A stretch of 64,000 nucleotides of DNA from an uncultured Acidimicrobiales bacterium (lineage in GTDB: Bacteria; Actinomycetota; Acidimicrobiia; Acidimicrobiales; SZUA-35): assembly GCA_963700755.1 (NCBI GenBank), contig CAVOYW010000005.1:732026-796025 (forward strand), given 5' to 3'. The translations under genes were made by a program, and so were the position numbers. Below the pieces are notes generated by a model that did not search any database, was not told the origin of the DNA, and saw only the letters and a program-made list of their open reading frames with translations. Of the stretch, positions 50,947 through 59,954 are shown piece by piece (position 1 is the stretch's first letter; the number at the start of each line of letters is the position of its first letter).

Positions 50947-51030
50947 GGCTTCCTTCGGAACACGGGCGCCCCATCGTGGCCGGTTTCGCGCGCCGATGCC
51001 ACCCGTGAGTGGCCGCCGGGCCGGCTCGGC

Positions 51031-52245
51031 ATGACCATCGCCCGCGGCGATCGCTTCACCCTGACGATCGATCGCATCGCCGCCGGCGGCGATGGGGTCG
51101 GTAATGGCCCCGACGGTCGGGTCGTGTTCGTTCCGGCATCCCTTCCGGGCGACGAGTTGACCGTGCGGGTCACGCAGGCCAAGAAGCGTTTCCTTCGTGC
51201 CGTGGCCGAGTCGATCGATCGTCCGGCCGAGGGTCGGCGGCCACCCCCGTGTCGATACGTCGAGGAGGGTTGTGGCGGCTGCGACTGGCAACACGCCACG
51301 CCGATGGTCCAGACGTCTCTCCGCCACTCGATCGTGGTCGACTCGTTGCGCCGGTTGGGCCGACTCGTCGACGTCACGGTCACCTCGGGCCCTGCGTTCG
51401 ATCCCGACAACTACCGGACCACCGTTCGGGCTGCGGTCGTCGACGGCCGCGCCGGTTTCCGGGCGGCGGCGTCGCATCGGGTCGTGGTGCCCGAGCATTG
51501 CCGAACGGCGCACCCCCTCGTCGACGAGATCCTGACCACCGGACGGTTCCCGGACGCCACCGAGGTCGTGATCAAGGTCGGAGCCCGCACCGGGGACCGT
51601 CTCGTCATCGTCGATCCCACCGCCGCCGGGGTGGAGGTCCCCGACGGGGTGTCGCTGATCGGTCGTGACGACCTGGCCGGCGAGGCCGCGGCATCGATCG
51701 AGGAGATCGTCGCCGGCCGTCGCCTACGGATCTCGGCCGACTCGTTCTTCCAGGCCCGTCCCGACGGGGCCGAGGCCCTGGCCGCGGCGGCGGCCGAGTT
51801 CCTCGCCGACGCCCCGGACGGTCCCTTGCTCGATGCCTACGGCGGCGGAGGACTCTTCGCCGTGCTCGTCGCCGGCGATCGGCCTGTCGTCGTGATCGAG
51901 TCGAACCCGTCGTCAGCCGGCGATGCTCGCCACAACCTCGCGCAGTACGGGATCGAGGCGCGTGTGGTCGAGGGTCGCGTCGAGGACTGGCCCCCCGAAC
52001 CCATGACCGTCGTGATCGCCGATCCCGCCCGACAGGGACTGGGTCGGATGGGGGTCGACGTTCTGACGGCGACCGGTGCCGGGTACCTCGTGCTCGTCAG
52101 CTGCGATCCGGCGGCGATGGCCCGCGATGCCCGACTGCTGGTCGACGCCGGCTTCGTCCTCGACGAGGTTCGAGTCTTCGACCTGTTCGGCCACACCTCG
52201 CACATCGAGACCGTGAGCCGGTTTCGCCGCCCGTTCATCCGATGA
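51031..52245 (+). CDS. class I SAM-dependent RNA methyltransferase, RlmD/TrmA family (TRAM + Fe-S)
   Basis: Start ATG 51031. TRAM-like N-terminus ([12 protein letters not shown]...[16 protein letters not shown]), [15 protein letters not shown] cluster motif, DAYGGGGLF and [11 protein letters not shown]-MTase motifs. Confidence 0.85.
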   Translation: MTIARGDRFTLTIDRIAAGGDGVGNGPDGRVVFVPASLPGDELTVRVTQAKKRFLRAVAESIDRPAEGRRPPPCRYVEEGCGGCDWQHATPMVQTSLRHSIVVDSLRRLGRLVDVTVTSGPAFDPDNYRTTVRAAVVDGRAGFRAAASHRVVVPEHCRTAHPLVDEILTTGRFPDATEVVIKVGARTGDRLVIVDPTAAGVEVPDGVSLIGRDDLAGEAAASIEEIVAGRRLRISADSFFQARPDGAEALAAAAAEFLADAPDGPLLDAYGGGGLFAVLVAGDRPVVVIESNPSSAGDARHNLAQYGIEARVVEGRVEDWPPEPMTVVIADPARQGLGRMGVDVLTATGAGYLVLVSCDPAAMARDARLLVDAGFVLDEVRVFDLFGHTSHIETVSRFRRPFIR

Positions 52246-52270
52246 TCGAGTTCGTCGTTACCCTGTCCCG

Positions 52271-52888
52271 ATGATCTCGACCCTGTTGGACTGGCTGGAA
52301 ACGGCTTCGTCCAATCCCTGGTTCTACCTCGTCATCTTCGTCATCGCCCTGCTCGACTCGGTGATCCCGGTCGTGCCCAGCGAGACCACGGTCATCCTGG
52401 GGGGGATCGCTGCCGGGCAGAACGATCTCCACCTCTGGATCGTGATTCTCCTCGGGGCGGGCGGAGCGATCGCCGGCGACTCGCTGGCCTACTGGATCGG
52501 GCGCAGTGCCGGAGGTCGACTCCAACAGGGGCTCTTCGCCAAGGAATCCTGGAAGATCCGGCTCGAGTGGGCCAAGAGTCAGCTCGAGGAGCGGGGCGGG
52601 ATGCTGCTCGTGACGGCTCGGTTCGTGCCCGGCGGACGCACCGCGATCACGGTGTCGTCGGGCATCACGCACCAGCCGTATCAGAAGTTCCTCGTCTTCG
52701 ACATCGTCGCCGGTTTCCTGTGGGCCGGCTACGCCGGCGGCCTCGGCTTCTACTTCGGTGATCGCTTCAAGGACGACCACACCCGGGCCTTCCTCTATGC
52801 GTTCGGGATGGCGCTCAGCGTCACGGCTCTGGTCGAGGTGGTGCGCTGGTACCGGAAGCGTCGGGCGACGAAGATCGTGCTCGGTTGA
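52271..52888 (+). CDS. dedA: DedA family membrane protein
   Basis: PWFYLVIFVIALLDSVIPVVPSETTVILGG...ARFVPGGRT is the SNARE-associated/DedA signature. Confidence 0.88.
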   Translation: MISTLLDWLETASSNPWFYLVIFVIALLDSVIPVVPSETTVILGGIAAGQNDLHLWIVILLGAGGAIAGDSLAYWIGRSAGGRLQQGLFAKESWKIRLEWAKSQLEERGGMLLVTARFVPGGRTAITVSSGITHQPYQKFLVFDIVAGFLWAGYAGGLGFYFGDRFKDDHTRAFLYAFGMALSVTALVEVVRWYRKRRATKIVLG

Positions 52889-53735
52889 GCTGGTCGATCA
52901 CGTCGCCGATCGAGACCGGTGGTTCGGTTCGGTCCTTGCTCGACTCGAGTCGACGGTAGATCTCTCCGGCTGCATCGAACCAGCCCCCGGGAAGACCACT
53001 CGTCTCGAGGAACGTGGCGATCTCGTGCATCTCGCCCACCCAGCGCCACGCCTTCGGCGCCGATCCGGAAGCCGTTGCCCCGCTCCGGTCGGCCAGCCCA
53101 GGCTGGGATCGAGCCCACTCGTCGAGCAAGGCGGCCTCGACTCCCGCTTCAGCCGCCGCAGCACGGATGGTGAGCAGGAGCGCCGCCGAGCCCTTGGTCC
53201 ATGCGGCGTAACAGAGCTTCAGAGCCGAGGCGGCGCCCGGCTCGTCGCCGACCAGGATCACCTCGACGTTGGAGCCCCTGAAGCCGTCGGCCACCAACGG
53301 TGCGGCCCGACCCGACAACGCCAGGCGAGTGGTTCCGGCCCGGTGCGCCGGCGGGCCGATCAACCCGCCATCGACCAGGGTCGCACCGGTGGTTGCCACG
53401 ATGCCGGCGATGATTGCCACCGTCGAGGGGGCGATGGCGTTGGCGTCGACGTAGCGTCCGCCGAACCGCGCCCGGGTCACCGAACGGGCAACGTCGACCG
53501 CGGCATCGGGAGGGCAGATCGACAGGATCGTGTCGGACCCATCGACCAGCGACTCGAGGTTTGCGACCTGATCCAAGCCGGCCGCATCGGCCCGGGCCCT
53601 CGTGGCGGCCGACCGCCCGGCACCGGCCCACAGCACCCGGTGGCCGGTGGCGACCAGGGCGGCCCCGATCGTGGACCCCATCGCTCCCGGATGGAGCAGA
53701 CCGACGGTTCCGAGCGGGGGACGCAACGGGTTCAT
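52821..53735 (-). CDS. NAD(P)-dependent oxidoreductase (6PGDH-like NAD-binding domain + DUF1932-like C-terminus)
   Basis: ATG 53735 overlaps the glcF stop (ATGA). VGLLHPGAMGSTIGAALVATGHRV is a Rossmann motif. The C-terminus overlaps dedA by 68 bp, so the end is uncertain. Confidence 0.7.
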   Translation of the reverse strand: MNPLRPPLGTVGLLHPGAMGSTIGAALVATGHRVLWAGAGRSAATRARADAAGLDQVANLESLVDGSDTILSICPPDAAVDVARSVTRARFGGRYVDANAIAPSTVAIIAGIVATTGATLVDGGLIGPPAHRAGTTRLALSGRAAPLVADGFRGSNVEVILVGDEPGAASALKLCYAAWTKGSAALLLTIRAAAAEAGVEAALLDEWARSQPGLADRSGATASGSAPKAWRWVGEMHEIATFLETSGLPGGWFDAAGEIYRRLESSKDRTEPPVSIGDVIDQLNRARSSSPDASGTSAPPRPEP

Positions 53736-54901
53736 GGGCCCGACCTTGGCGCCTCGGCGGCGTCGAGGGCCCGATCGATCAACTGCATCGGATGGACGGT
53801 GGGAACCCCCACGGCGCCGAGATGCATGGCGCAGCCGGGGTTGGCGCTGGCGACCGCGTCGGGGGCGGCCCGGTCGATCGACGCCACCTTTCGGTCCCGG
53901 ATCTGGCCCGCCAGCTCCGGTTCGAGCAGCGAATAGGCACCGCCGGCCCCGCAACACAGTCCGTCGTCATCGAGTTCGACCAGTTCCCGGACGAACGGCC
54001 GGAGCACGGAGCGGGTGGCGCCATGGACCTTCTGCACATGGCGCAGATGACAGGGGTCCTGGATCGCGACCCGGAGGTCGAGCCGCTCGACGCTCGGGAG
54101 CTCGTCGAGGTGGAGGGCGACGAACTCGGAGATGTCGAACACCCGCTCCGAGAAGCGCTGCGCCTCGTCGGTTCCGAGCAGATGGCCGTAGTCCTTCATG
54201 GCAGCCCCGCACCCGGCGGAGTCGACGATGATCGGTTGGCTGCCGGCGAGATTGGTCATCATCTTCTCGGCGAGGGACCGGGTCACGTCGGTCAATCCCG
54301 CGTGGGCCTGGAGGGCCCCGCAGCACGGCGCCCAGTCGAGGGTCGGGGTCACGCCGAACCCGGCTGCCTCGAGCACCCGTTGGCCGGCTCGGTGGACTTC
54401 GCGTTGCCAGGCGTCCATGACACAGCCCGTGAACAGCAACACGTCGGAGCCCGAGCTCTCGAGCGGTGCCGATCGCAGGGGAAGCCGGGTGGGAACCAGT
54501 CGGTCGGGCACGATCCCGACCCGCTGCGCGGCACCGAGCACCTTCGAGCCGATGCCCAGAACGGTCGGGAATTCGAGGGGTTTCAGCAGCAGCCGTTGCC
54601 AGGTCGGGGTCATGTCGCCGGCCCGGGCCAGGGTCTCGCGTGTCTGCTCCATCAAATGGCCGTAGGGCACGCCCGAAGGGCAGGCCGGCTCGCAGCCCCG
54701 GCACTGGACACAGGACTCGAAGGACCTCAGGACCTCGTCGGTGAGCGGGGCGTCGTGGTCCTGGACCTGGCGCATGAGCGCGATACGGCCTCGGGGCGAC
54801 ATGGTCTCGTCACCCGTGACCCGGAACGTCGGGCACGCCGGAAGACACAGGCCGCATTGGACGCAGGTGTTGAGGTCGTCGGGGTCGAGATGGAGATCCA
54901 T
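53732..54901 (-). CDS. glcF: glycolate oxidase iron-sulfur subunit (Fe-S + CCG domains)
   Basis: CVQCGLCLPACP and CVQCRGCEPACP ferredoxin-type motifs, followed by two Cys-rich CCG repeats (FTGCV..., QDPCHL...). Confidence 0.88.
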   Translation of the reverse strand: MDLHLDPDDLNTCVQCGLCLPACPTFRVTGDETMSPRGRIALMRQVQDHDAPLTDEVLRSFESCVQCRGCEPACPSGVPYGHLMEQTRETLARAGDMTPTWQRLLLKPLEFPTVLGIGSKVLGAAQRVGIVPDRLVPTRLPLRSAPLESSGSDVLLFTGCVMDAWQREVHRAGQRVLEAAGFGVTPTLDWAPCCGALQAHAGLTDVTRSLAEKMMTNLAGSQPIIVDSAGCGAAMKDYGHLLGTDEAQRFSERVFDISEFVALHLDELPSVERLDLRVAIQDPCHLRHVQKVHGATRSVLRPFVRELVELDDDGLCCGAGGAYSLLEPELAGQIRDRKVASIDRAAPDAVASANPGCAMHLGAVGVPTVHPMQLIDRALDAAEAPRSGP

Positions 54902-54914
54902 GGGTCCTGGGTGG

Positions 54915-55850
54915 TCAGTTCCGGGCCGGGTCGCGGCCGGGATTGAGCCGGTGGGTCGGGTCGAAGTTGTCCTTCATCGCCCGGTTCAGACCGGCCACCA
55001 CGGGGTCGACCCGGCGGAGCGGTTGGGGCCGTGAGGCGAAAACGAGTCCGACGCCGATGACGGCAACGAAGGGTGTGAGGTCGGCGGGAAGGGCGCGCAG
55101 CTGGGCCGGTGAGAGTGACCAGCGATGGCCGGGCAGTGGGGGAGGTCCATCGGTTTCGGCGAAGGAGCCGACCAATTCGAGCGCCGAGGCCTGGACAGCG
55201 ACGTCGGGCCCATGGCCCTCGAGTTCGACCCAGGTGCGATGGCCGTCCCAGAGCACCGACGACGGGGCGAGGACCGCGTCGCGGGCGAGGAACGGATCGG
55301 CGTCATCGGCGCAGAACCAACGGGTCACCGGGGGGATCGGATTGGTCCGGATGATCACCTCGGCCAGCAGGCCCAGGGTCCCGAGCGATCCGACCATGAG
55401 GCGGGGAAGGTCGAAGCCGGTCACGTTCTTCACCGTCGGCCCCCCGCCGGTCACGAGCCGGCCCTCGGCCGACACGTAGCGCACCTGCAGCACCGCTGAA
55501 CGAAGGGAGCCCCGTCCGAGTACCGAGGGGTGGTTCTCGCCGACGGCAACCGCACCACCGACCGTGGCATCGGGTCCTCGATCGGGCAGTCCGGTGCGTT
55601 GATTGCGCTCGGCCAGCGCCGCCGACAGTTCGGCAACGGTCGTTCCGGCCCGGACCTTCACGATCATCTCTTCGGGGACGTACTCGACGATGCCCTGCGG
55701 GGCCCGAACCAACCGGGTGCCGTCGAGCGGTGCGCCGCCGCGGTGCCAACGAGTGCGACCTCCCTCGACCGCGACCGGTCCTTCGGGGCCGATCTCGTCG
55801 GCGAACCCGGAGAGGACACGATCGTCGATGCTCAGCGCCGGTCGGTTCAC
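54915..55850 (-). CDS. glcE: glycolate oxidase FAD-binding subunit
   Basis: GTG 55850 overlaps the glcD stop (GTGA). FAD-binding PCMH-type domain (...VEYVPEEMIVKVRAGTTVAEL...TVGGAVAVG...VKNVTGFDLPRLMVGSLGTLG). Confidence 0.8.
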   Translation of the reverse strand: MNRPALSIDDRVLSGFADEIGPEGPVAVEGGRTRWHRGGAPLDGTRLVRAPQGIVEYVPEEMIVKVRAGTTVAELSAALAERNQRTGLPDRGPDATVGGAVAVGENHPSVLGRGSLRSAVLQVRYVSAEGRLVTGGGPTVKNVTGFDLPRLMVGSLGTLGLLAEVIIRTNPIPPVTRWFCADDADPFLARDAVLAPSSVLWDGHRTWVELEGHGPDVAVQASALELVGSFAETDGPPPLPGHRWSLSPAQLRALPADLTPFVAVIGVGLVFASRPQPLRRVDPVVAGLNRAMKDNFDPTHRLNPGRDPARN

Positions 55851-57301
55851 CCCCAGACCCCCGTTGGTACCGAACGCAGCGCCTGGATGTCGGCGCAGCT
55901 GTGGCCCGTCGGCAGCACCTTGCCCGGGTTGGCCCGGCACGCCGGATCGAACGCCCGACGGAGCCGATTCTGGTGATCGAGGTCGTCGTCGGTGTAGAGG
56001 CGGTCCATGTAGGCCTGCTTCTCGACGCCGATGCCGTGTTCGCCCGAGAGCACGCCGCCCGCGTCGAGCGACGCCGTGATGATCTCGGCGCCGGCGGCGT
56101 GGACCTTTTCGAGCATGCCGGGTTCACGGGCATCGAAGATGATGAGCGGGTGGAGGTTCCCATCGCCGGCGTGGAAGACGTTCATGACCAGCAGCCCGTG
56201 CCGGTCGGCGATGGAGTAGATCTGGTCGAGCACGTCGGCGAGTTTGGATCGGGGTACCACGGTGTCGTGAAGGTAGTAGTCGGGGGCGATCTGGGCGATG
56301 GCGCCGAAGGCCGTCTTGCGTCCCTTCCACAGCAGTGCCCGCTCCTCGTCGGACTGGGCCATCCGGACCTCGGTGGCCCCCTGGGCCCGACCGATGGCGG
56401 CGATGGCCTCGGCGTCGAGGTCGACTCCGGCCGCCAGACCGTCGACCTCGGCCAGCAACACCGCTGCGGCGTCGGTCGGGTAGCCGGCGTGCACGTAGTG
56501 TTCGATGGCCTGGGTGATGCGTTGATCCATGACCTCCATGGCCGCCGGGACGATGCCGGCGGCGATGACGGCCGACACGGTGTTGGCGGCGTCGCGCACG
56601 GTCGCGAACGACAGGAGGAGGGTGCGGACCTCGGGCGGATTCTTCGTGATGGTCACGGCGATCCTGGTGGCGATCCCGAGCGTGCCCTCACCGCCGACGA
56701 ACGCACCGCGAAGGTCGAGACCCGCCGGTTCGGCGTCGAGACCGCCGAGCAGTGCGACCTCGCCCGAGGGCAGCACGACCTCGATGGCGGCGATGTGGGC
56801 GTTGGTGACGCCGTAGGCCAGGCAGTGGGGTCCGCCCGAGTTGTTGGCGACATTCCCCCCGATCGTGCAGACCTGCTGGCTCGATGGGTCGGGCGCGAAG
56901 TGGTACCCGAGCGGATGGAGGTGCTTGGTCAGGTCGAGGTTGATGACGCCGGGCTCGACCCAGGCGATGCGGTTGTCGGTGTCGACCTCGAGGATGGCAT
57001 TCATCTTGGTCAGGGCCACCACGATCGGTCCGCCCAGCGGGATGGCGCCCCCGGCCAGTCCGGTTCCGGCCCCCCGAGGAACAACGGCACGATCGTGGGT
57101 CGTCGCGATCCGCATGACGGCGCTGACCTCTGCGGTCGACACCGGGAAGCACACGGGCCCGGCGACACCACCCTCGAATACCGAGGCATCGTGGCTGAGG
57201 AGCGATCGTTCCGCCCCGTCTGCTCGGACCCGGTCCGGGGACAGGGCGGCGCGGCAGGTCTTCGACGAGCCGGTCTTCGACGAGCCGGTCGACAGGCTCA
57301 T
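55847..57301 (-). CDS. glcD: glycolate oxidase subunit GlcD (FAD-linked oxidase)
   Basis: 484 aa. VVPRGAGTGLAGGA, TIGGNVANNSGG, and C-terminal GVLSGEHGIGVEK. Confidence 0.9.
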   Translation of the reverse strand: MSLSTGSSKTGSSKTCRAALSPDRVRADGAERSLLSHDASVFEGGVAGPVCFPVSTAEVSAVMRIATTHDRAVVPRGAGTGLAGGAIPLGGPIVVALTKMNAILEVDTDNRIAWVEPGVINLDLTKHLHPLGYHFAPDPSSQQVCTIGGNVANNSGGPHCLAYGVTNAHIAAIEVVLPSGEVALLGGLDAEPAGLDLRGAFVGGEGTLGIATRIAVTITKNPPEVRTLLLSFATVRDAANTVSAVIAAGIVPAAMEVMDQRITQAIEHYVHAGYPTDAAAVLLAEVDGLAAGVDLDAEAIAAIGRAQGATEVRMAQSDEERALLWKGRKTAFGAIAQIAPDYYLHDTVVPRSKLADVLDQIYSIADRHGLLVMNVFHAGDGNLHPLIIFDAREPGMLEKVHAAGAEIITASLDAGGVLSGEHGIGVEKQAYMDRLYTDDDLDHQNRLRRAFDPACRANPGKVLPTGHSCADIQALRSVPTGVWG

Positions 57302-57443
57302 CGGATCGGCGCCGCCCGACCAGCGAGTCGAGCGACGTCGACAGCTTCGCCCCCGAGGGAACGGCTCTACGGATCGCTGCCTTCCACGTCACAGGGACAA
57401 ACGTAGCGGGGATCATTGGAATGTCTCGGCAGCCGGCGGGTTG

Positions 57444-58100
57444 ATGCAGGGCATGCTGGTCGAGATCTGGTCCGATGTGGTGTGTCCGTGGTGTTTCATC
57501 GGCAAGCGTCGATTCGAAGCCGGACTGGCCGAGTTCCGTCGTTCGAACCCTGACCTCGAGATCGAGGTGGCCTATCGGGCCTATCAGCTCGACCCGACCG
57601 CACCGGTCGGTATCGGCGAACCCGTCCGGGCGGTCTACGAGAAGAAGTTCGGTGGGCCCGAAAGGGCGGCCGAGATCCTCGACCACGTGACGGCCGAGGC
57701 CGCCGGCGAAGGGCTCGAGTTCCACATGGACGTCGCCCAACGGGCCAACACCCTGCTGGCCCATCGGTTGCTGGTCCTCGGTGAGGTCCAGGGCGTGCAA
57801 CTGGCGTTGAAGGAGCGTCTGATGGCGGCCTACTTCACGGAGGGACGGGCCATCGGTGATGCCGACACGCTCGTCGAGCTGGCCACCGAAGTCGGAATCG
57901 ACAGCGAAACAGCCCGGGCGTGGTTGGCAGGTGACGCCGGGAAGGCCGAGGTCTTGAGCCACCTGGAGTTCGCCATGGAAGCAGGCATCACGGCCGTGCC
58001 GACCTTCGTCTTCGACCGGCAGGCGGCCATACCCGGCGCCCAACCGGCGGAGGTGTTCACCCAGGCCTTGGAGCAGCTGACCCGCGACTCTGCGCCCTGA
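57444..58100 (+). CDS. DsbA/FrnE-family thiol oxidoreductase
   Basis: VEIWSDVVCPWCFIGKRRFE (CPWC active site), GITAVPTFVF. Confidence 0.85.
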   Translation: MQGMLVEIWSDVVCPWCFIGKRRFEAGLAEFRRSNPDLEIEVAYRAYQLDPTAPVGIGEPVRAVYEKKFGGPERAAEILDHVTAEAAGEGLEFHMDVAQRANTLLAHRLLVLGEVQGVQLALKERLMAAYFTEGRAIGDADTLVELATEVGIDSETARAWLAGDAGKAEVLSHLEFAMEAGITAVPTFVFDRQAAIPGAQPAEVFTQALEQLTRDSAP

Positions 58101-58125
58101 GCGGCGCTTCACAGCGTCGACGCAC

Positions 58126-58158
58126 GGTGTGGGGGTTCAAGTCCCCCCTCCGACACCA
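58126..58158 (+). other. 3' fragment of a tRNA gene (variable loop, T-arm, acceptor 3' strand, CCA)
   Basis: GGTGT-GGGGG-TTCAAGT-CCCCC-CTCCGAC-A-CCA. No complementary GTCGGAG 5' acceptor strand or D/anticodon arms in the preceding 45 nt, which are the 3' end of dsbA and unrelated sequence. Confidence 0.6.
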
Positions 58159-58160
58159 TT

Positions 58161-58216
58161 TGCCGCTCGGTGCCGCTGGCTGCCGGCTATTGCCGCTCCC
58201 TGCCGCTGGCTGCCAC
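58161..58216. repeat. six phased 10-bp repeats TGCCGCTnnn
   Basis: tgccgctcgg tgccgctggc tgccggctat tgccgctccc tgccgctggc tgccac, with exact 10-bp periodicity. Begins 3 nt after the tRNA fragment. Confidence 0.85.
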
Positions 58217-58527
58217 GAACGGAGCGGGGCGTCGGAGGGGTGTGTGTTTTTCGACGTCCTTTTCGGCTTTCGGCGTTTGCCCTGGTGAGCGGGGGTGGAG
58301 ACGATGGACGCGTGTCGTTTGCTAATGCTTCTGCAAATGCCACTCGTTGGGGAGCGCTCGCCGCAGGCCTCTGACCAGGTCGTTTGCCTGTTGCAGCGCG
58401 GTGAATTACTCACGCGGCTTGCTGGTCGTGCGGGGTGGTGTAGCGCAGGAGGTCCGGACCTTGGGCCCTGCCTCTAAGCGAGGGGATTCGACAGGCTGAA
58501 CGTTCAGTCTTCGCCCCGGGAGGTCGG

Positions 58528-59590
58528 GTGATGCAGACGGTCGAGCCGATCACGAGCACTGCGGTGCTGGTCCCCCGGTTGGGGGGACCTGAGGTGCTGG
58601 AGGTGCGCCCTTGGGAGGTCTCGGCGCCGGGGCCCGACGAGGTCCGGGTTCGTGTCGATGCGGCGGGGATCAGCTTCGCTGACCCGTTGGTGATGCAGGG
58701 GGTTCATCCCGAGCGTCGCACGCCTCCGTTCGTGCCCGGTTGGGATGTGGTTGGCGAGGTCGACGCGGTGGGATCAGGGGTCGATCACGTGGCAGTGGGT
58801 GATCGAGTTGCGGGGCTCTCCATCGTTGGTGGGTGGGCCGAGCATGTGATTGTTCCGGGCTTCCGCATCGTGCCAGTACCTGCGTCGATCGAACCGGTCG
58901 CTGCGGTGTGTCTGGTGATGGATTACGTCGTGGCCTATCAGATGCTGACCCGATCAGCCGCGGTTCAGGCGGGCGACACGGTGTTGATCCAAGGCGCCGG
59001 CGGAGGGGTGGGAACGGCGCTGATGCAGCTCGCGGCAACGATGGATGTTCGAGTACTGGGGACCGACCGCGCTGCCAAGCGGGAACATCTCGAAGCCGCG
59101 GGAGCGACCCCGATCGACTTCGAGAACGAAGACATCGTCGAGCGATGCCGAGAGCTGACCGGGGGCCGCGGCGTTGAAGCGGCATTCGATGGGATCGGCA
59201 CCACTGCGGCGACTTCGCTGGACGCCGTGAGGCGAGGCGGGACCTTGGTGTGGTTCGGGATGGTCAACTTCTTGTCCGGCGGTCGCCGCGACGTCGGCGA
59301 GCATCGCGAAGACGCTGGCCACGGTGATGTCGGTGTTCGGTCGCAACCTGGTGCCGGGCCGCAAGCGTACGACGGTGTACAGCATTCAGCGGCTCGCAGA
59401 GAAGCACCCTGGGTGGTATCAGGAGGATCTCTCGATGCTGTTGTCGATGCTCGCTGAGGGCCACATTCGTCCACAGATCGCAGCTGAGTGGGCCCTCGAG
59501 GACGTCCCGGCTGCAGTGGAAGGCCTCGCTCATGGCGCCCTGGCGGGCAAGCAGGTGATCAACCTGGCCCGCCGGCAGGGGTCAGGTTGA
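58528..59590 (+). pseudogene. zinc-type/quinone oxidoreductase (MDR family), one frameshift (about 59,295-59,301)
   Basis: GGPEVLEV..., VRVDAAGISFAD, LIQGAGGGVGTA ... WFGMVNFLSGGRRDV | ASIAKTLATVMSVFGRNLVPGRKRTTVYS...GHIRPQIAAEWALEDVPAAVEGLAHGALAGKQVINL...*. Confidence 0.8.
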
Positions 59591-59954
59591 TGCGCACGGT
59601 CGCCGAGATCGGGTTCGCGGCCTCTTCTTGGTGGGCGCGGGGTTCAACGTCGTGTACACGCTCGGGCACACGAAGGACTTCTATGGCAGCTGGGCCGACA
59701 ACGCCTGGTTCGGGTGGGCGCGCTCATTGCTTCGCAACCAGATCCTCCCCAACGGCGTGGCAGTCACAGTGGTGGTGATCGGATGCCAGCTCGCGATCGC
59801 CGCGCTGATCTTGTCGCGGTCGGATCTGGTCGAAGCCGGGCTGGTCGGCGGTGGCGTCTTCGCCGTCATTGCTGCGGTGTTCTCCAGCCCGGGCGGATTC
59901 GGGGCGAACCTGGCGTTGGCGCTCGCTCAGTTCGCTCTGGCGGTCACTCGGTAG
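59590..59954 (+). pseudogene. small 3-4 TM membrane protein, probable frameshift near 59,620
   Basis: ATG 59590 overlaps the upstream TGA (TGATG). MRTVAEIGFAA | LFLVGAGFNVVYTLGHTKDFYGSWADNAWFGWARSLLRNQILPNGVAVTVVVIGCQLAIAALIL...LAVTR*. Confidence 0.5.

Noticed and set aside
58083-58158. Complete tRNA gene ending at the CCA at 58156-58158
   Set aside because: There is no 5' acceptor strand complementary to CTCCGAC, and no D or anticodon arm can be drawn from 58083-58125. Only the 3' third is tRNA-like.
58057-58413. 118-aa minus-strand ORF containing GDLNPH
   Set aside because: GDLNPH is the usual antisense translation of a tRNA T-arm. The rest is translation of the 10-bp repeats (QPAA...).
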